Source of the DNA: Hemiscyllium ocellatum
Taxonomy: Eukaryota
Direction: 5' to 3'
DNA length: 64,000 nucleotides
Assembly: GCF_020745735.1 (NCBI RefSeq)
Contig: NW_026867509.1
Location: forward strand, 1,612,001-1,676,000
Every line of letters starts with the position of its first letter. The first letter of the stretch is position 1. This document shows, piece by piece, positions 1 to 11,817 of this stretch. Position numbers and translations under genes: made by a program. Under the pieces are notes generated by a model that was not told where the DNA came from, ran no database searches, and saw nothing but the letters and a program-made list of their open reading frames with translations.

Positions 1-49
1 TTTAGGCTAATAGTTCACCATCTGCTCTCATACAGTAATACACAATGTA

Positions 50-56
<7 letters not shown>

Positions 57-118
<62 letters not shown>
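57..118. repeat. (CA)31 microsatellite
   Basis: Uninterrupted CA run read directly; it explains the HT/VC-repeat ORFs in the track. Confidence 0.98.
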
Positions 119-121
<3 letters not shown>

Positions 122-2171
122 TTCGACTGGAAAATGTTCCAGCTGCACTCTCGGGAAGAAAAATAATGATATTCCCACTTCACATAACAAGGCAGAGTTA
201 TTCATGTTCTTCCGTGGCTGGGAGGGGTCATACATAAGGACAGTCTTTTTTTTATTTTGAGTAAATTCATTGAAAATTGTAATGACTTGCTTGAGAGAGC
301 GTTGGAGCAGTTTCAATCCCTTTTAGAGAAGAAACTTGGGCAGTTTTGACACGGGAGGGAGAACAGAGGCGTGGGATTAATTAAATCTCGGATAGCTGCC
401 ACGCGAGCAAATTAACCATCATTCTACTGTACTACATAAGGCAAGGTAACATTTGTTAGATTTCTACCGAGTAAATGAATCCGTGGTGAAGGCTGAAAGC
501 TACAAAACTGTGTTAAAGAATTTCATATCATAATCCAATTCAATGATGATGAAGCCTTGATTGAAGCAATGGTCTTCTTTAGCATCTACTTCACGGAGTC
601 TTGTTAGCGAATAAACTCGAGACTTAGCCTATTGATCTGCGTTCATGCCCCCATATTAATTTGTGAGATATTTATGTTGAAAGTTCACTGCCACCGAAAA
701 TTAAATGTTAGGTCTGTCAACGTTGTCACAGTTTCTTAAATAACCCATGTGATTGTTCTTAACTTAAATTATCGTTATTTCATGCTAAATATACCCATTC
801 ATGCTGCACTACGTTTTGGTGGCCAGCTAGAATGCTGAACAGGGAGACATGGATCATTCTCCCATCCAGATTTTTCTGTAAGATTGTAGAAGGAAGACAG
901 ATGTTACGACAGATTAATCAACGCATAAAACCAGAAACCGAAAAATGCTGCAATAAGATAGAGCAGAAGGCACACTTCCTACTGACAAGAAGGGACAGAA
1001 CAAAGGTCAGATAAATTATCAAAAGTCACATGACCTGCAGCAAACAATGGTTGTTGCCTAACTCTGTCAGATCGGAGAGCTCAAACAATACGTTTCCTTG
1101 GAAACGTCCTTTTTTGCGTTAATCAAGTCAACGCGGTCACGTGAGTTTGGTGTTTGGCATTAGATCGGATGTGTCAACTTATTTAAACCATTCTGTCATT
1201 TCTGCGATCATGGACACCTGACACCATTTCCCCCAATTTTCTTTGTTTCTTATGTCGATATAATGCCTGGTGGGTCTGCTTAAATTAGTTATTGCTTCGT
1301 CAGAAATTATATTCATGCAAGTTATTAGATCAACTTGGTACTTTGTTGAAGGGTGCTAAGGCAGAGATGAGGCATTTCAGGATCGATAAGAATCAATGTT
1401 TCTGAAAAGATGAACTCAAAGCTGGCGCTCCAACACTCTGCTGGGACATCCTAGGTCTTGGAAAATTTCTGACATTTTTATTGATGAGAACTACCTCAGG
1501 TGATACTTCTGACGATTTTCAAGACTGATTCTCTGTTGTTTTGAACAAATAAATCAAATCAAATGGGCTATTCTCTCAGACAGCGTCTGGAATCCCTGTG
1601 GCATGCAGTCCACACTGTTGCAGAATAAAAGTGGAGCCATCATCAAAAGGTATGCTGAGAATTCCAGCTAGTGTCCACTAGAAGGCGGCATCACATGGAG
1701 AATCTGAAACAGCAGTTCAATCTTCAGAGTAAGAATCACAGTGTTACCAGAACAATACCAAAACAAAGCCCAAAATTAAACAAGAATACTCGAAGAACAG
1801 TTGAGAAATTATGACTTTTAAACTTAACTCACAATAAAAGTATTTTACAAAATAGTTTGTGATGCATTACAAAACAATTAGCCGTCTGATGATGCGCACA
1901 CATGGACATTACTGGGGATATCTTCCTCCAGCTTTGTGATCACGAATTCCTCAGACATGGTCTACCAGTGTATGGCTCAGTTAGACATTCATAAACGTTG
2001 CCTTTTTCATGAATTTTACTGGCCTCATTCTAAGTTCAATTATTTTACAGGAAGTGACAGTATGCAAACAAATCTGCAATCTCTTCAGTGAATGCAACCA
2101 CTAACGATTTGTTTTACTCTTCTCGAGTAAACTAACTAACGTGTTAGTGTGATCACTCGTTCTGATAGACA

Positions 2172-2808
2172 TTGTATCTACGCATTATTTGTATGAGTGT
2201 GTATTTTTGTAATGTCCCACGAGGTATTTGTGTGATATTAGATTGTAAAGCCATAAATCGTGCCTCAACGTGCGTTAAGTTTATGACATCCCTCTATGTC
2301 TACAGAAGTTTAAGCAACAACGAAGGGTGAGGCTGTATCAAAGTCTTTGGACTCTGTGAATGTCATCATTGATCAGTTCCACTGTAGTAGCACGAGAAAC
2401 ACATACAATGACCTGACAGATTGTATGTCATCGAGAGAATGGAACGACCTAGACTGTCTAATGGTTCAGATCAGTCATGCAGCAGAGGACAGAGCTTCGG
2501 AAATTCCGAACACTTAAAGATACTCTCACTTTTTTCTGTGCACGCGATGAACCGTGAAGTGAGATCAACGAGACTGAACGATTCTCATAATCGTTGTTCT
2601 ACACTAACTATGGCCTGTTCTGGTACTGCCAGTATCCACAGCAAGCACCTCAATACCTGATCAGAGCGGACAGTTACGGGTATAATGATACAGCTCCCGG
2701 TTTTGAAAACTTAAGTGGGAATCTCAATCGGGAAAAACGAGTTTTTCACTTATCAATGAAAGATTTGAAGCTGAAAGATAGCGCCGTGTATTACTGTGCA
2801 CTGAGACC
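2172..2808 (+). pseudogene. TCR alpha/delta-type V pseudogene (candidate leader 2172-2223, V exon ~2544-2808)
   Basis: FR2/FR3 motifs LFWYCQYPQQAPQYLI and FHLSMKDLKLKDSAVYYCALRP, followed immediately by an RSS. In-frame stops at 2555 (TGA) and 2588 (TAA), no first Cys, and the splice acceptor reads CAC. A 52-nt leader-like exon (TTG-YLRIICMSVYFCNVPR-G|GT) lacks an ATG; the leader assignment is inference. Confidence 0.88.
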
Positions 2809-2846
2809 CACAGTGGTGGGAGTCCCTTGTCCCCTGCACAAAAACT
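2809..2846 (+). other. V recombination signal sequence: CACAGTG - 22 nt - ACAAAAACT
   Basis: Perfect heptamer 2809-2815, spacer 2816-2837, near-consensus nonamer 2838-2846, directly after YYCALRP. Confidence 0.92.
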
Positions 2847-3039
2847 CTATCAGCTTGACAATCAAGGGCACCATGGGAGACAATCTCAAAACATTGGCAA
2901 AATATTTAGAATAATAGGCGATGTTTCACACAGAACATGAAATATCCCAAGCAGCAAAAAAACCTTTGGATGCTGAGGAGATGATATTTCTTTTTGGTGA
3001 CACTGGAAATATAGGTCAAACATGTTAAAATTGCGGGCC

Positions 3040-3305
3040 TCCCAGGTAAATGGAAATGAGGACGTTATTACTTCCCTCTCTGGGTGTCGTTTGTCTGTGA
3101 AATTTGTATCTGTCATAAAAGTGAGGGTTGGGCCTTTGAATATGTTCAAGGTGGAAATACACAGAATTTTAATTTATGGTGGAGAACTGTATTCTGGGCC
3201 AGACACGGAAGCAGACCAGAGGACACTATCAGGGCAGCCGTGATAGTCTGAAACTGAGGAGCAGGGTCAAAGGACTAAATGACGTACTGCTGCTGCTATT
3301 CATCT
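3040..3305 (+). mobile_element. Decayed CR1 LINE 3' end fragment
   Basis: Recognisable similarity to the CR1 3' region (gaatatgttcaaggtggaaatacacagaatttt ... ggactaaatgacgtactgctgct) also seen in younger copies in this window. Confidence 0.6.
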
Positions 3306-4099
3306 TTTGCAGACACACGGTGTGAGTAACTGCATTTTTTTATTTCTGAAACTTGTGAATCCGGTTCCATCCAAAAACTGCAATCTTTCAAAAGTGATTT
3401 AATAAAAAAAAAACATAATTAGGGACATTGGGTTTCAAACTTCTGGGGTCACAGTAAAAACTGGTTGAAGTTATGAGCTTTCCAGAGCAAAGTGGCTCCA
3501 ATGGCAAGAATCCAGAATTTGGTGGTGGATGACTACTTTGCATTTTCTTCCTGAACTTCTCACAGTAATGATTAATTGTGCACCTTTGCTTCAGACATTG
3601 CTTAAGACCTGAGTATTTAATCAATTTTACATTACTTCCCCTTTCAGTTTAACCACAGGGAGCTATTTGCTTTCTTGAGTACATAGCCATTAAGCTTGAC
3701 ATGAAATTGAGATAAACCAAGATAGAGACATAATGTCTGAAATTGTGAGAAAGAGCAAGGGGGCAAAAACTATCAGGTAAATGTTTCGAGAGATTCAGCT
3801 GCAATCAGCTATGAACTAACTATGAGTGATATATTGTTGAGGTCAGTGAAATCTACCAATCGGAACAAGAAAAAGGACCCTCACGAGCCGAGGAATTGAG
3901 GCCTATTTTTCATGTGGGTTCAGTCATGTCAAAATAAATTAAGAAGTGGATGGTTTCCTGTCAACCTTCATGCCTCCTTCATGTCTTGCTGATGTTAATG
4001 TCTATGCAAACACCAATTAGTCTGAGTTACTTAAGTCGAAGTGCAATTCATATGATTCACGACTGATTTTTGACATCTTATATTTTATTTTGCCAGAAG

Positions 4100-4403
4100 G
4101 AGTTACCTTGACACAGTTTTGTGGAATCTGCTTTAACGAATGTTTCGGAAAGTTCAGACTGGATTCTGAAATCTCTTTACCCAGTGAAATACAGTAGATC
4201 ATCAGTCTTCTTGTGCATTCAGTTTCCTGGGAAAGCACCGAGGTATTTACTAAGAAGATTCGATACGGAACAGGGCGAAAAGTCTCCAGATTCTTCAGAC
4301 AGGTTTTCTGCTAGTCTGGCTAAAGAAATCAAAACAGTTTCTTTCAAGATCGCTTTTTCTTATATCTCTTACGCTGAGGTATGTTTATGCGTGCTGATCC
4401 CCG
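4100..4403 (+). pseudogene. Decayed TCR V pseudogene of a second family
   Basis: Translation gives ...FLCIQFPGKAPRYLL...SDRFSASLAKEIKTVSFKI...AEVCLCVL, corresponding to WYxQxPGKAP, RFSAS and AVYxCAL. Frameshift near the 5' end; Trp and first Cys lost. Degenerate RSS follows (CACTG..23 nt..ATAAAACC, 4404-4439). Confidence 0.75.
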
Positions 4404-5029
4404 CACTGACAGACGGCCACTGGCACTCCGGATAAAACCTGACAAAACACGATTACTCTACGCACATCCCCTCCACCCCAAACACACAGCCAAACATATG
4501 TTTGAGCAGTACTATAAACCAGATCAGCTGTCCTGAATGATTTCCTTCTGTACTTCATGTTTGTATTCTGCTCTAAACCCGTCCTTACTTTGGTATTAAG
4601 TGTTGTATTGGAAACCAACACTCCTAATCATGAACTAGGGAACTGTAACTATAACGACATGAGCTTTCAAGCATCAACGACTCAGTTTAAAGACTGTCTT
4701 TGTAAAAATACCCAGAATTAGAGTAGATACCTATTTCACTTAAAGTCAGTACGTCAGAAGAGGAGCCATTGCCCTATCTTTGAATTTATTTCTCAATGAT
4801 TTTGATAAGATTAATGGATCTTCAAGGAAATAAGATATTTTGGAGTTGTGCTGCACAGTGGAAGTTTGCTGAGCTCAAATTGAGCAGTGGAGCAGATTCA
4901 AAGGTTTGCTGAGCAGATCTCTGATATCATGACTAGAGAACAAAAGGTCTTGAGCTGACTGGATGCTGCCTGGCGATGCAAACGCGAAGAACCAGTCGGC
5001 AGTAAGACCGGATATGACAGAACAACAGC

Positions 5030-5036
5030 TATAAAA
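5030..5036 (+). promoter_or_regulatory. Candidate TATA box of the V gene at 5141
   Basis: TATAAAA about 105 nt upstream of the leader ATG. The paralogous position in unit C reads TTTAAAA. Function is inference. Confidence 0.4.
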
Positions 5037-5140
5037 ACCCTTCAGTTTCAGTTTGCAGTGTTCAATCCGACCACCATCTCTGAACAAAGACAATCTAGTT
5101 TCTTTTCCTCTTGCTTAAACTCACCCTCTGCTTGCCAAGC

Positions 5141-5668
5141 ATGTTGCTTTTCACATTTTATGCATTGATGACTGCTGCAGAATTCTTAACTGGTAAGTTC
5201 AAAAGGTGGCAAATGTTGCTGATAATTGACATTGGTATGGTGACCTTCACTGTAACTAATTTTTCCTCGCTATTTGTGACGTAGTTTCTCACATTCTTGA
5301 CTATATTTGATTAAAACGAGAATATGACAAGTAATTGTCGGTTATTTTCAAATTTCCTCAGGTTCTAATTGTGCAGACTCGATTTCACAAGAGCCGAATG
5401 CAATCAAATTGTTCAAAGGAGACTCAGTGACCATTACATTCAGATACTCGACCCAACATACCTCATATTCTTTGCATTTGTACCGTCAGTACCGCGGAAA
5501 ACCTCTGACATTCATGATATACATCCCTAACTACGGAGATCCTTTCAGAGCTGAGGGAGTGGGGCCTCGAGTTTTGTCGTCTCTGGACACGTCGAACAGT
5601 GAAGGCAATTTCACCATTGGGGAGCTGCAGCTGTCTGACAGCGCGGTGTATTACTGTGGGCTGAGAGA
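5141..5668 (+). CDS. TCR alpha/delta-type V gene segment, open frame but non-canonical (leader exon 5141-5192, intron 5193-5361, V exon 5362-5668)
   Basis: Leader MLLFTFYALMTAAEFLT-G|GTAAGT; acceptor ttcctcAG; spliced frame GSNCADSISQEP...GDSVTITFRYS...LHLYRQYRGKP...GNFTIGELQLSDSAVYYCGLR has no stops. Cys23 is Phe (TTC) and Trp41 is Leu (TTG). Confidence 0.88.
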
Positions 5669-5707
5669 CACCGTGACAGGAACGACAGCCAGCCTCGTAC
5701 AAAAACT
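5669..5707 (+). other. 23-RSS: CACCGTG - 23 nt - ACAAAAACT
   Basis: Heptamer with one change at position 4, exact 23-nt spacer (5676-5698), nonamer 5699-5707. Confidence 0.92.
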
Positions 5708-7224
5708 CGGCTGCAATGAAACAAAACTCATTAAATGGTGCATGTGTGGACAGGAGGGTGGACGGCATCGGGGGACGATTGCAGAGAAACATATACTTTC
5801 AAAATATTATCTTCACAAAACCACAAATTTGAAATGTATCCAAACATTTAATAATCTAAAAGTTAACAGTGCATCACTGGGGCAAGTTTACTCTGTGTCT
5901 TGTATCGATTACATTCTAACAATAATCCATGGAGGTGATTAGGGAATTTCTCCTCTATTGTTATATAGATTCAAACTTTTGTGATAAGAAATCTTATCAA
6001 ATTATCTGACCTGAACATGTTTTCCAATCAGCAATGAATATTTCAAAGCAACAGGATCGCACTATATGATGTGTAAGAAAATAATAAAACAGATACATAT
6101 TACTCATAAAATGCCTGAACCAATGAGTTCAAGTTCCTAAAAGCTCGATTAATATTTGCTAAGATAAACACTTCTTTTTTTCAACCAGATGTTTTGATAC
6201 CAAATGTTGCAAGAACAAAGAACGCCTGTTCTCACAGATTAGAGTCATGGAGTAATGCAGCAAAAATACAATTCATTCAGTCCAGCTCGTTTAGACCGAA
6301 CAGTCTTCTGAAACTAAAGTATTTACGTTCGGCGGAGTCTGGTCCATCTCATTCGAAATTCGTCCTATTCACGTGCCTGCCCAAATGTCTCTGAGATGTT
6401 ATAATTGCTCCTGCATCTACCCCTTTCTCGGGCTATTAATTGAACGTGCACATCAACACCTACATGAGAAATTTACCCTCAACATCCCCTCAAATCTCTC
6501 CCCTCCCAGTTTAATAATTTGTACTCCAGTTGTGAACTCACCTACCCAGGCTACGAGACCTTTGCTATTCAACTTATACACACCAATGATGATTTTCTGA
6601 TCTTTAGATGTTCGCCTTTCCACCTCTCACTGTCTCTTTCTCTCAGGGGAAAAGTGTCTCAACTTCTCATTGTACCTCACATTCTTTAGTCCTGTTAAGA
6701 TCTTTGTAATGCGTTTTCTGATAATGTCATACCTATTTAACTTCACATCATATCCCGAAAATAGTCCATCTATAACTTACATTATTGTGGATTTTCAATC
6801 TTTAATATTTGTACTTCAATATTGAGATATACTCAATCAGGTTAGTGTGATGATTCAGATTTTCATCAATGACCGACTGCTATTCATTCAGTATGTCTTA
6901 TCCAAAATGATTTGACAGATTAGATTCCAGGCTTTCTCATCAGGAGATCAGTGGATATAGTTAATGACAAGCAAGTTTGAAAATCTGTATTCTCACTGAA
7001 AGTGAGCAGGGCTTTCCACACATCACCAAATACAATGGAGGACAATGAGGTAAGTCTCATAATTAGTTCAATAATCAATATAACTATTCCATGTGAACGA
7101 CTTTAGATTTTTTTCTGACAGATAGTCATCAGGCATTTCCTCACAGGAACGTACCTAAGTGTCAGTGTGCAACCCGTTATAAACAGCCCTCAACAGGCAG
7201 CAGCTGATAAACAGATACTGCAGC

Positions 7225-7261
7225 TGATATTGTACAAGGATTTCACTCTTTCATCACTCTG
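7225..7261 (-). other. Degenerate V RSS (CAGAGTG - 21 nt - ACAATATCA)
   Basis: Follows DTAVY*CATT on the minus strand; units B and C keep a 23-nt spacer at this position. Confidence 0.7.
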
Positions 7262-7671
7262 AGTCGTTGCACATTAATAGACAGCGGTGTCAGATAGCAC
7301 CAGCTCTGAGATGGTCAATCAGTCAAACTTCACCGTGTGCTAGACGGTATCAGAAAAGAGGTTCTGAGCGAAATCCGCCTTCATTTCAGAAACACCACTC
7401 AGTTACCTCTGGATTTCAAACTCGGATTGTCTGCTGGGTATAGACAGTAGTGATCATTTCCGCTGTTAGTGCATGTTAAAGCGATGTCTTCTCCCTCTGT
7501 GAGCGAGGTCTCCCGCTGAGTGACAGAATCTGCATCGTTCAGATCTGAAACACAATATAAAATAAAGCCGCAATCAGTGACGAAATGTATGAGTGAACTC
7601 AACCAAATTCGCAACACTTCCTTACGGAGAACAGAAAAAAAGTTCATTCTTTCAGTCAGGCTCATGCCCAT
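7262..7671 (-). pseudogene. Inverted TCR alpha/delta-type V pseudogene, unit A (leader 7626-7671, V exon 7262-7544)
   Basis: Minus strand DADSVTQRETSLTEGEDIALTC... and LTISELVLSDTAVY*CATT; GTAAG donor, tttcAG acceptor, 81-nt intron. The WY codons are deleted, there are frameshifts, and YYC reads TAT-TAA-TGT. Confidence 0.88.
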
Positions 7672-9658
7672 GTGTAAACACTGGCGTCTTGCCTATTTCT
7701 TCCTCTCATGCTACCACCAAACAATTCATCCATTTCATCTGCACCCGTTCATCTGGTTTCCTTTTAAATAGATCGTTCTTGTTTTCTCCAAATGTTTCTT
7801 GTCGAAATGACAAACACATTTCTGCCTGGTCTGGGGCTAAACATATTTCTCTTCAAATCCTCATTGAACCAATCTGTGCCACCAGCATTTTCTCATTTAA
7901 CTTTACAGATCTGTAATTCTTCTCAAGAGGTATATTCCTCTCCCGGTCCTAAGCCAAATATATTTGGTTCATTCTAAATACTTCAGTCCATTTGTCCGTT
8001 AGTCTTTTCATTATTGGCCAAAGGAACTGAATCTTATACGCTGGTTTCTGTCAGCTATAATCTCTCAATTCAGCATCATCCCCAAAATTCGCTTCTACGT
8101 TGTGTTCCGTGTACTTTTGTTGATAATGCAAGATAGATCGCAAAAGTGCATGTAAAAACCAAAACGCATTACAATCCAGCTTCGATACTTACCAAAAGCA
8201 ATTATTTTATTTGTCAAATTTATTCCATGAGAAAATAAATGCGATTTAAAAGTTTAGTTATTCCCAATAATGGAAGTAGCCAAGACCAGACAGACAATGG
8301 AGAGCCACATTACTGCTGCGCTGGAATGTGAGACATGTTTCTGTGCCTCAGAAAGCACAACAAATCAGACAACACAAAGTTGACAGCACTGGCTGCCTTT
8401 TATATGATGTCTCTTATTGTGTATAATGTGATAGGATGAACGAGTTCTGACAACGTCAACGTTTATGTGATAGAAGAGAGACATCAACGGTGGGCTCGGA
8501 TGTTTAGAAAATGATACGTCAACACAGTCAGGTTGCCACTAAATAAAAAAAGGGACAGTTTGCAAACTCACTAAATGTTGAACCAATTTGTTCTTTAACT
8601 GGTCTGAGATTCAGCTTGAAGTCAAACTGAGCGGACCAGTCGCCTTACCATTTAATGATTGGAAATAATTAGTTTTCGTGCAAGAATGCAGTTGTTGAAA
8701 TTAGATTGGGTCACTCATTTTTCATGCACCAACACAACTCAGACTGAGTTTGTGAAGTCGTGACTAGGAAATTTCGATGTGGAATGCAGCAGCCAAAGAT
8801 TTTACGGTGTCACTTGATGTTAGCAGCATACAAATATAATTGGGAATAGGTACCAATGAACAGGAGAAACCGGACCTGTCACGTGCATTTTCAGGGAGAA
8901 TTGGTGACTGCACCCAATTTCCTCTGCAAAGACCTCACTGTGAAGTTAATTTGCATCTGAAATCACTCTTATTTGTTCTGAGTTGATAGGAGCAGTCATG
9001 TCGCGGTATTGTCCTCTTGCAATTACTTTCTTAGTGCTGGTAATCAATGTATTTCTTTTCACAGTCGTTTAGCTTTGCAGAGTATTCAATTCCTGCCCCT
9101 GCGTCTCTCGTTAACGTATCATGGTGTAAGACAGCAACAGATAACGGGTAGTGAAAATCCCCTCATTTTACTCATGGGCAATCTCAGCGGAGTTAGCAGA
9201 TAGCAGAGCAGATCAACAATGTCTATGCTTTATATCAAATCTGATGACATTTTTGCAAAGTTTAAACAGTAACAGCAGTGGTCGAATGTCTTTAACGAAC
9301 GGTCTTTGCAAAGTCTTCAAATGTCATTGCTGAACCCGGCACTTGAGAGACAGAATCTGCAGGGACACGACTTGCAGAAATTTAGAAATGTCATCATCCA
9401 GCTATGGCACCAAATATCACCTGATAACGCAACAGTGTAGAAATAGATAGAATGCATAATTAAAACAACGTTAGCAATGCCTTTATGTGAAACATTCTGT
9501 ACATTTTAACATTAGTTTCAATTATGACAGATGCCTTTGTAAATAATGCATTGAAAGCAAAAGTCATGATTCTACGCTGTGAATGCAGGTTTACACAAAA
9601 TAAACTGACATTTAAATTTTTGAATTCAAGAATTCCGTTAATGTTGAATAATATCCAG

Positions 9659-9935
9659 TCTCTCTGATGGCTCATTGCTGACAGATTAAGCAACTGCGAT
9701 CCAAGAGCTCACAGCTCATTTATTCATCGGTTCCTCACATCAGACTGGCAGCAGTGAAAGGTATGGAGACCAGGGCAAGAATTAGACTGGATTCTGGACC
9801 TTGGATTATTTCAGTCTGGAACACCCGCAGCGTGAAGGAAAAAGTATCTCGTTTCGTGTTGGTCTCAGATTGGAAAGTTCACATTAATTTATTTGCACTG
9901 TGACAACTAATCTCCCCACAGCTACACTTAAGAGA
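9659..9935 (+). pseudogene. Heavily decayed V pseudogene resembling an Ig heavy-chain V (VH/TAILV-like), unit A
   Basis: Pieces in different frames: SDGSLLT (FR1-like, after ccAG), RPGQELDWIL (9767-9796, FR2), SVKEKVSRF...HINLFAL* (9829-9903, FR3), ACA GCT ACA (TAT of DTATYYC, 9918-9926). YYC and RSS are not recognisable. The VH-like assignment is inference from these motifs. Confidence 0.5.
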
Positions 9936-10265
9936 TAGATGTGGAAGAATTTCATTTTTCAGAAAGTTGTCAGTCTTCCAACATTTTCCACAGATATATG
10001 TGTGATCATAGTTCCAATACACAATGATAGTGAAGTTAATTTAAAACACAACCTGTAGGAGAAAGACAAGTTTAAAATTCTGATGGTTAAAATTAAAATG
10101 CTTCTTTGATCACTAATCATCAGGAGAATATGTATTCCTTCAGTATGTTTTTCATTTTCGATGTGACAGTCATCAAACACATTTTGTCAGATCTCTATTT
10201 AAATAAGAGGAATGTCTTTCCAGTTCCTCGAATTAGGGGAAGGTGAGGAATGCAGAGCACCACAG

Positions 10266-10450
10266 ATCAGGCAACATCCGAGGAGGAGGCGAATCGACGT
10301 TTTGGGCATAAGCCCGAAAAGCCTTTCAACATTTGTCACACATATTTGAGTGATTCTGACACCTGACGAAGGGACATACATTTCCAGTAAATGGCTTATG
10401 CCCAAAACGTCGATTCTCTGCTCCTCAGATGCTGCCTGATTGGCTGTGCT
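10266..10450. repeat. Shark short repeat with ~50-bp inverted arms containing decayed hammerhead-like motifs
   Basis: 10291-10314 and 10393-10416 are exact reverse complements (24 bp), with weaker pairing beyond. CTGACGAAGGG...GGCTTATGCCC-AAAACGTC resembles CUGANGA-stemII-GAAAC-GUC. Confidence 0.65.
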
Positions 10451-11743
10451 TTCTCAGCAACACACATTTGACCCAGTTCCTCGAATTAGAGGAGTAAATA
10501 CTGATAAGACACATGTGTGAAGCAGCAGATCGACAGAATGTTTCTTTATTCTGCTTCTCTGTCCCAGTTGTACCATTAAACATTATCTAAACCTGGATGG
10601 CAGAAGTGGACGTGATATTTGGAAATCTTATTTCCCCAGTTAGACTTGAATCGGGATAACGTTAATCCACACGGGGGCTATTCATGAAGATATAGAGTAT
10701 TGAAACATGATAAATAATGTCTTCCATGTTTAAACAGCCGGTCACAGTTCGGAGACGACATTGTTACTATTTTACTCTATCTGTTCCAACTGCACCGGTG
10801 AGCGTCCTTGTATAGGAAAACAGAAATTGCTTGGGAAGCTTAGCAGGTTTGCCAGTGTCCATGGATAGAAAACAGACTTAGCAGTTCGGCAGTGATCCAT
10901 TAACTCTGATTTTGCTCCATAGATGCTGCCAGACATGCTGAAGTTTTCCAGCAATTTCTGCTTTTGTTTCTCATTTCTAGCATGCCGAAATTACTGTCAT
11001 GTGCCGTTCTTATCATCGATTCGATCAGCAACGCAGTTGGGCAGTGATCTGCATTTATGGTTTGACAGAAAATATACGGCATTGCAGAAGTTCAAAGTGA
11101 GAAATCGATATTTGGAGATGACTCAAACCACCCCTTGTCTTTGCACCTATTCTCAGTAAATATTTTCGTCTCAGAGAAAGACAAACTGACTGTTACAATA
11201 CAAATGTTATACTTGGTCGAATAACAGAAATGGTGGCAAAGATATTGTCTTTCATTTTTTCAACTGTTTTCCATGTGCTAAAATGGAGCCAGCATGATAT
11301 GGTGGAAAACCTCTTTTCCGATTTAAAAAATGAGGAAATAGAGAATGTCGCATTGACCTATAACTGCAAGGAAAGTTGGCCTCATGCTTTTGAATACTGA
11401 TCATCAGAGCCCCAAGCTGCTGCAGCAGTTCATTTTTCCGATTACTGGGTGGGATGTCCAGATGGACAATGCTATTACTGATTGATTTCCTTCCATAACT
11501 GTGGAGGTAAGCTAATAGTAAAGGGATTTTCTACAGCAGAATATAAAGTCAAGTAGCAGTAGCCTTGTCTTAAAGTCAATTGTCTGTCCAACAATTCCCT
11601 GATAAAGTGATCTCAGAAACGTCTCCAGATGAAAAGAATTAGCTGCAAAACAGCATGAAATCTTAACAAATTCAACATACAATTTTACTAATACAGAAAT
11701 AAAGTGCCGCTGTGCAAAGTTGGAATAAGCACAATATCTATCC

Positions 11744-11817
<74 letters not shown>
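11744..11817. repeat. (ATCT)n microsatellite, ~18 units
   Basis: Read directly; the paralog at 34289-34339 has ~12-13 units. Confidence 0.95.

Noticed and set aside
45-316. HT-repeat and VC-repeat ORFs
   Set aside because: Translations of the (CA)n microsatellite.
8280-8420. CFCASE-like motif followed by CACAAC (also ~30600 and ~59110) as another V end
   Set aside because: No upstream V framework motifs and no nonamer; likely chance.
9896-9902. CACTGTG as the heptamer of a J or D RSS
   Set aside because: No GGTTTTTGT-like nonamer 12 or 23 nt upstream and no FGxG downstream; it falls within the FAL codons of the VH-like relic.
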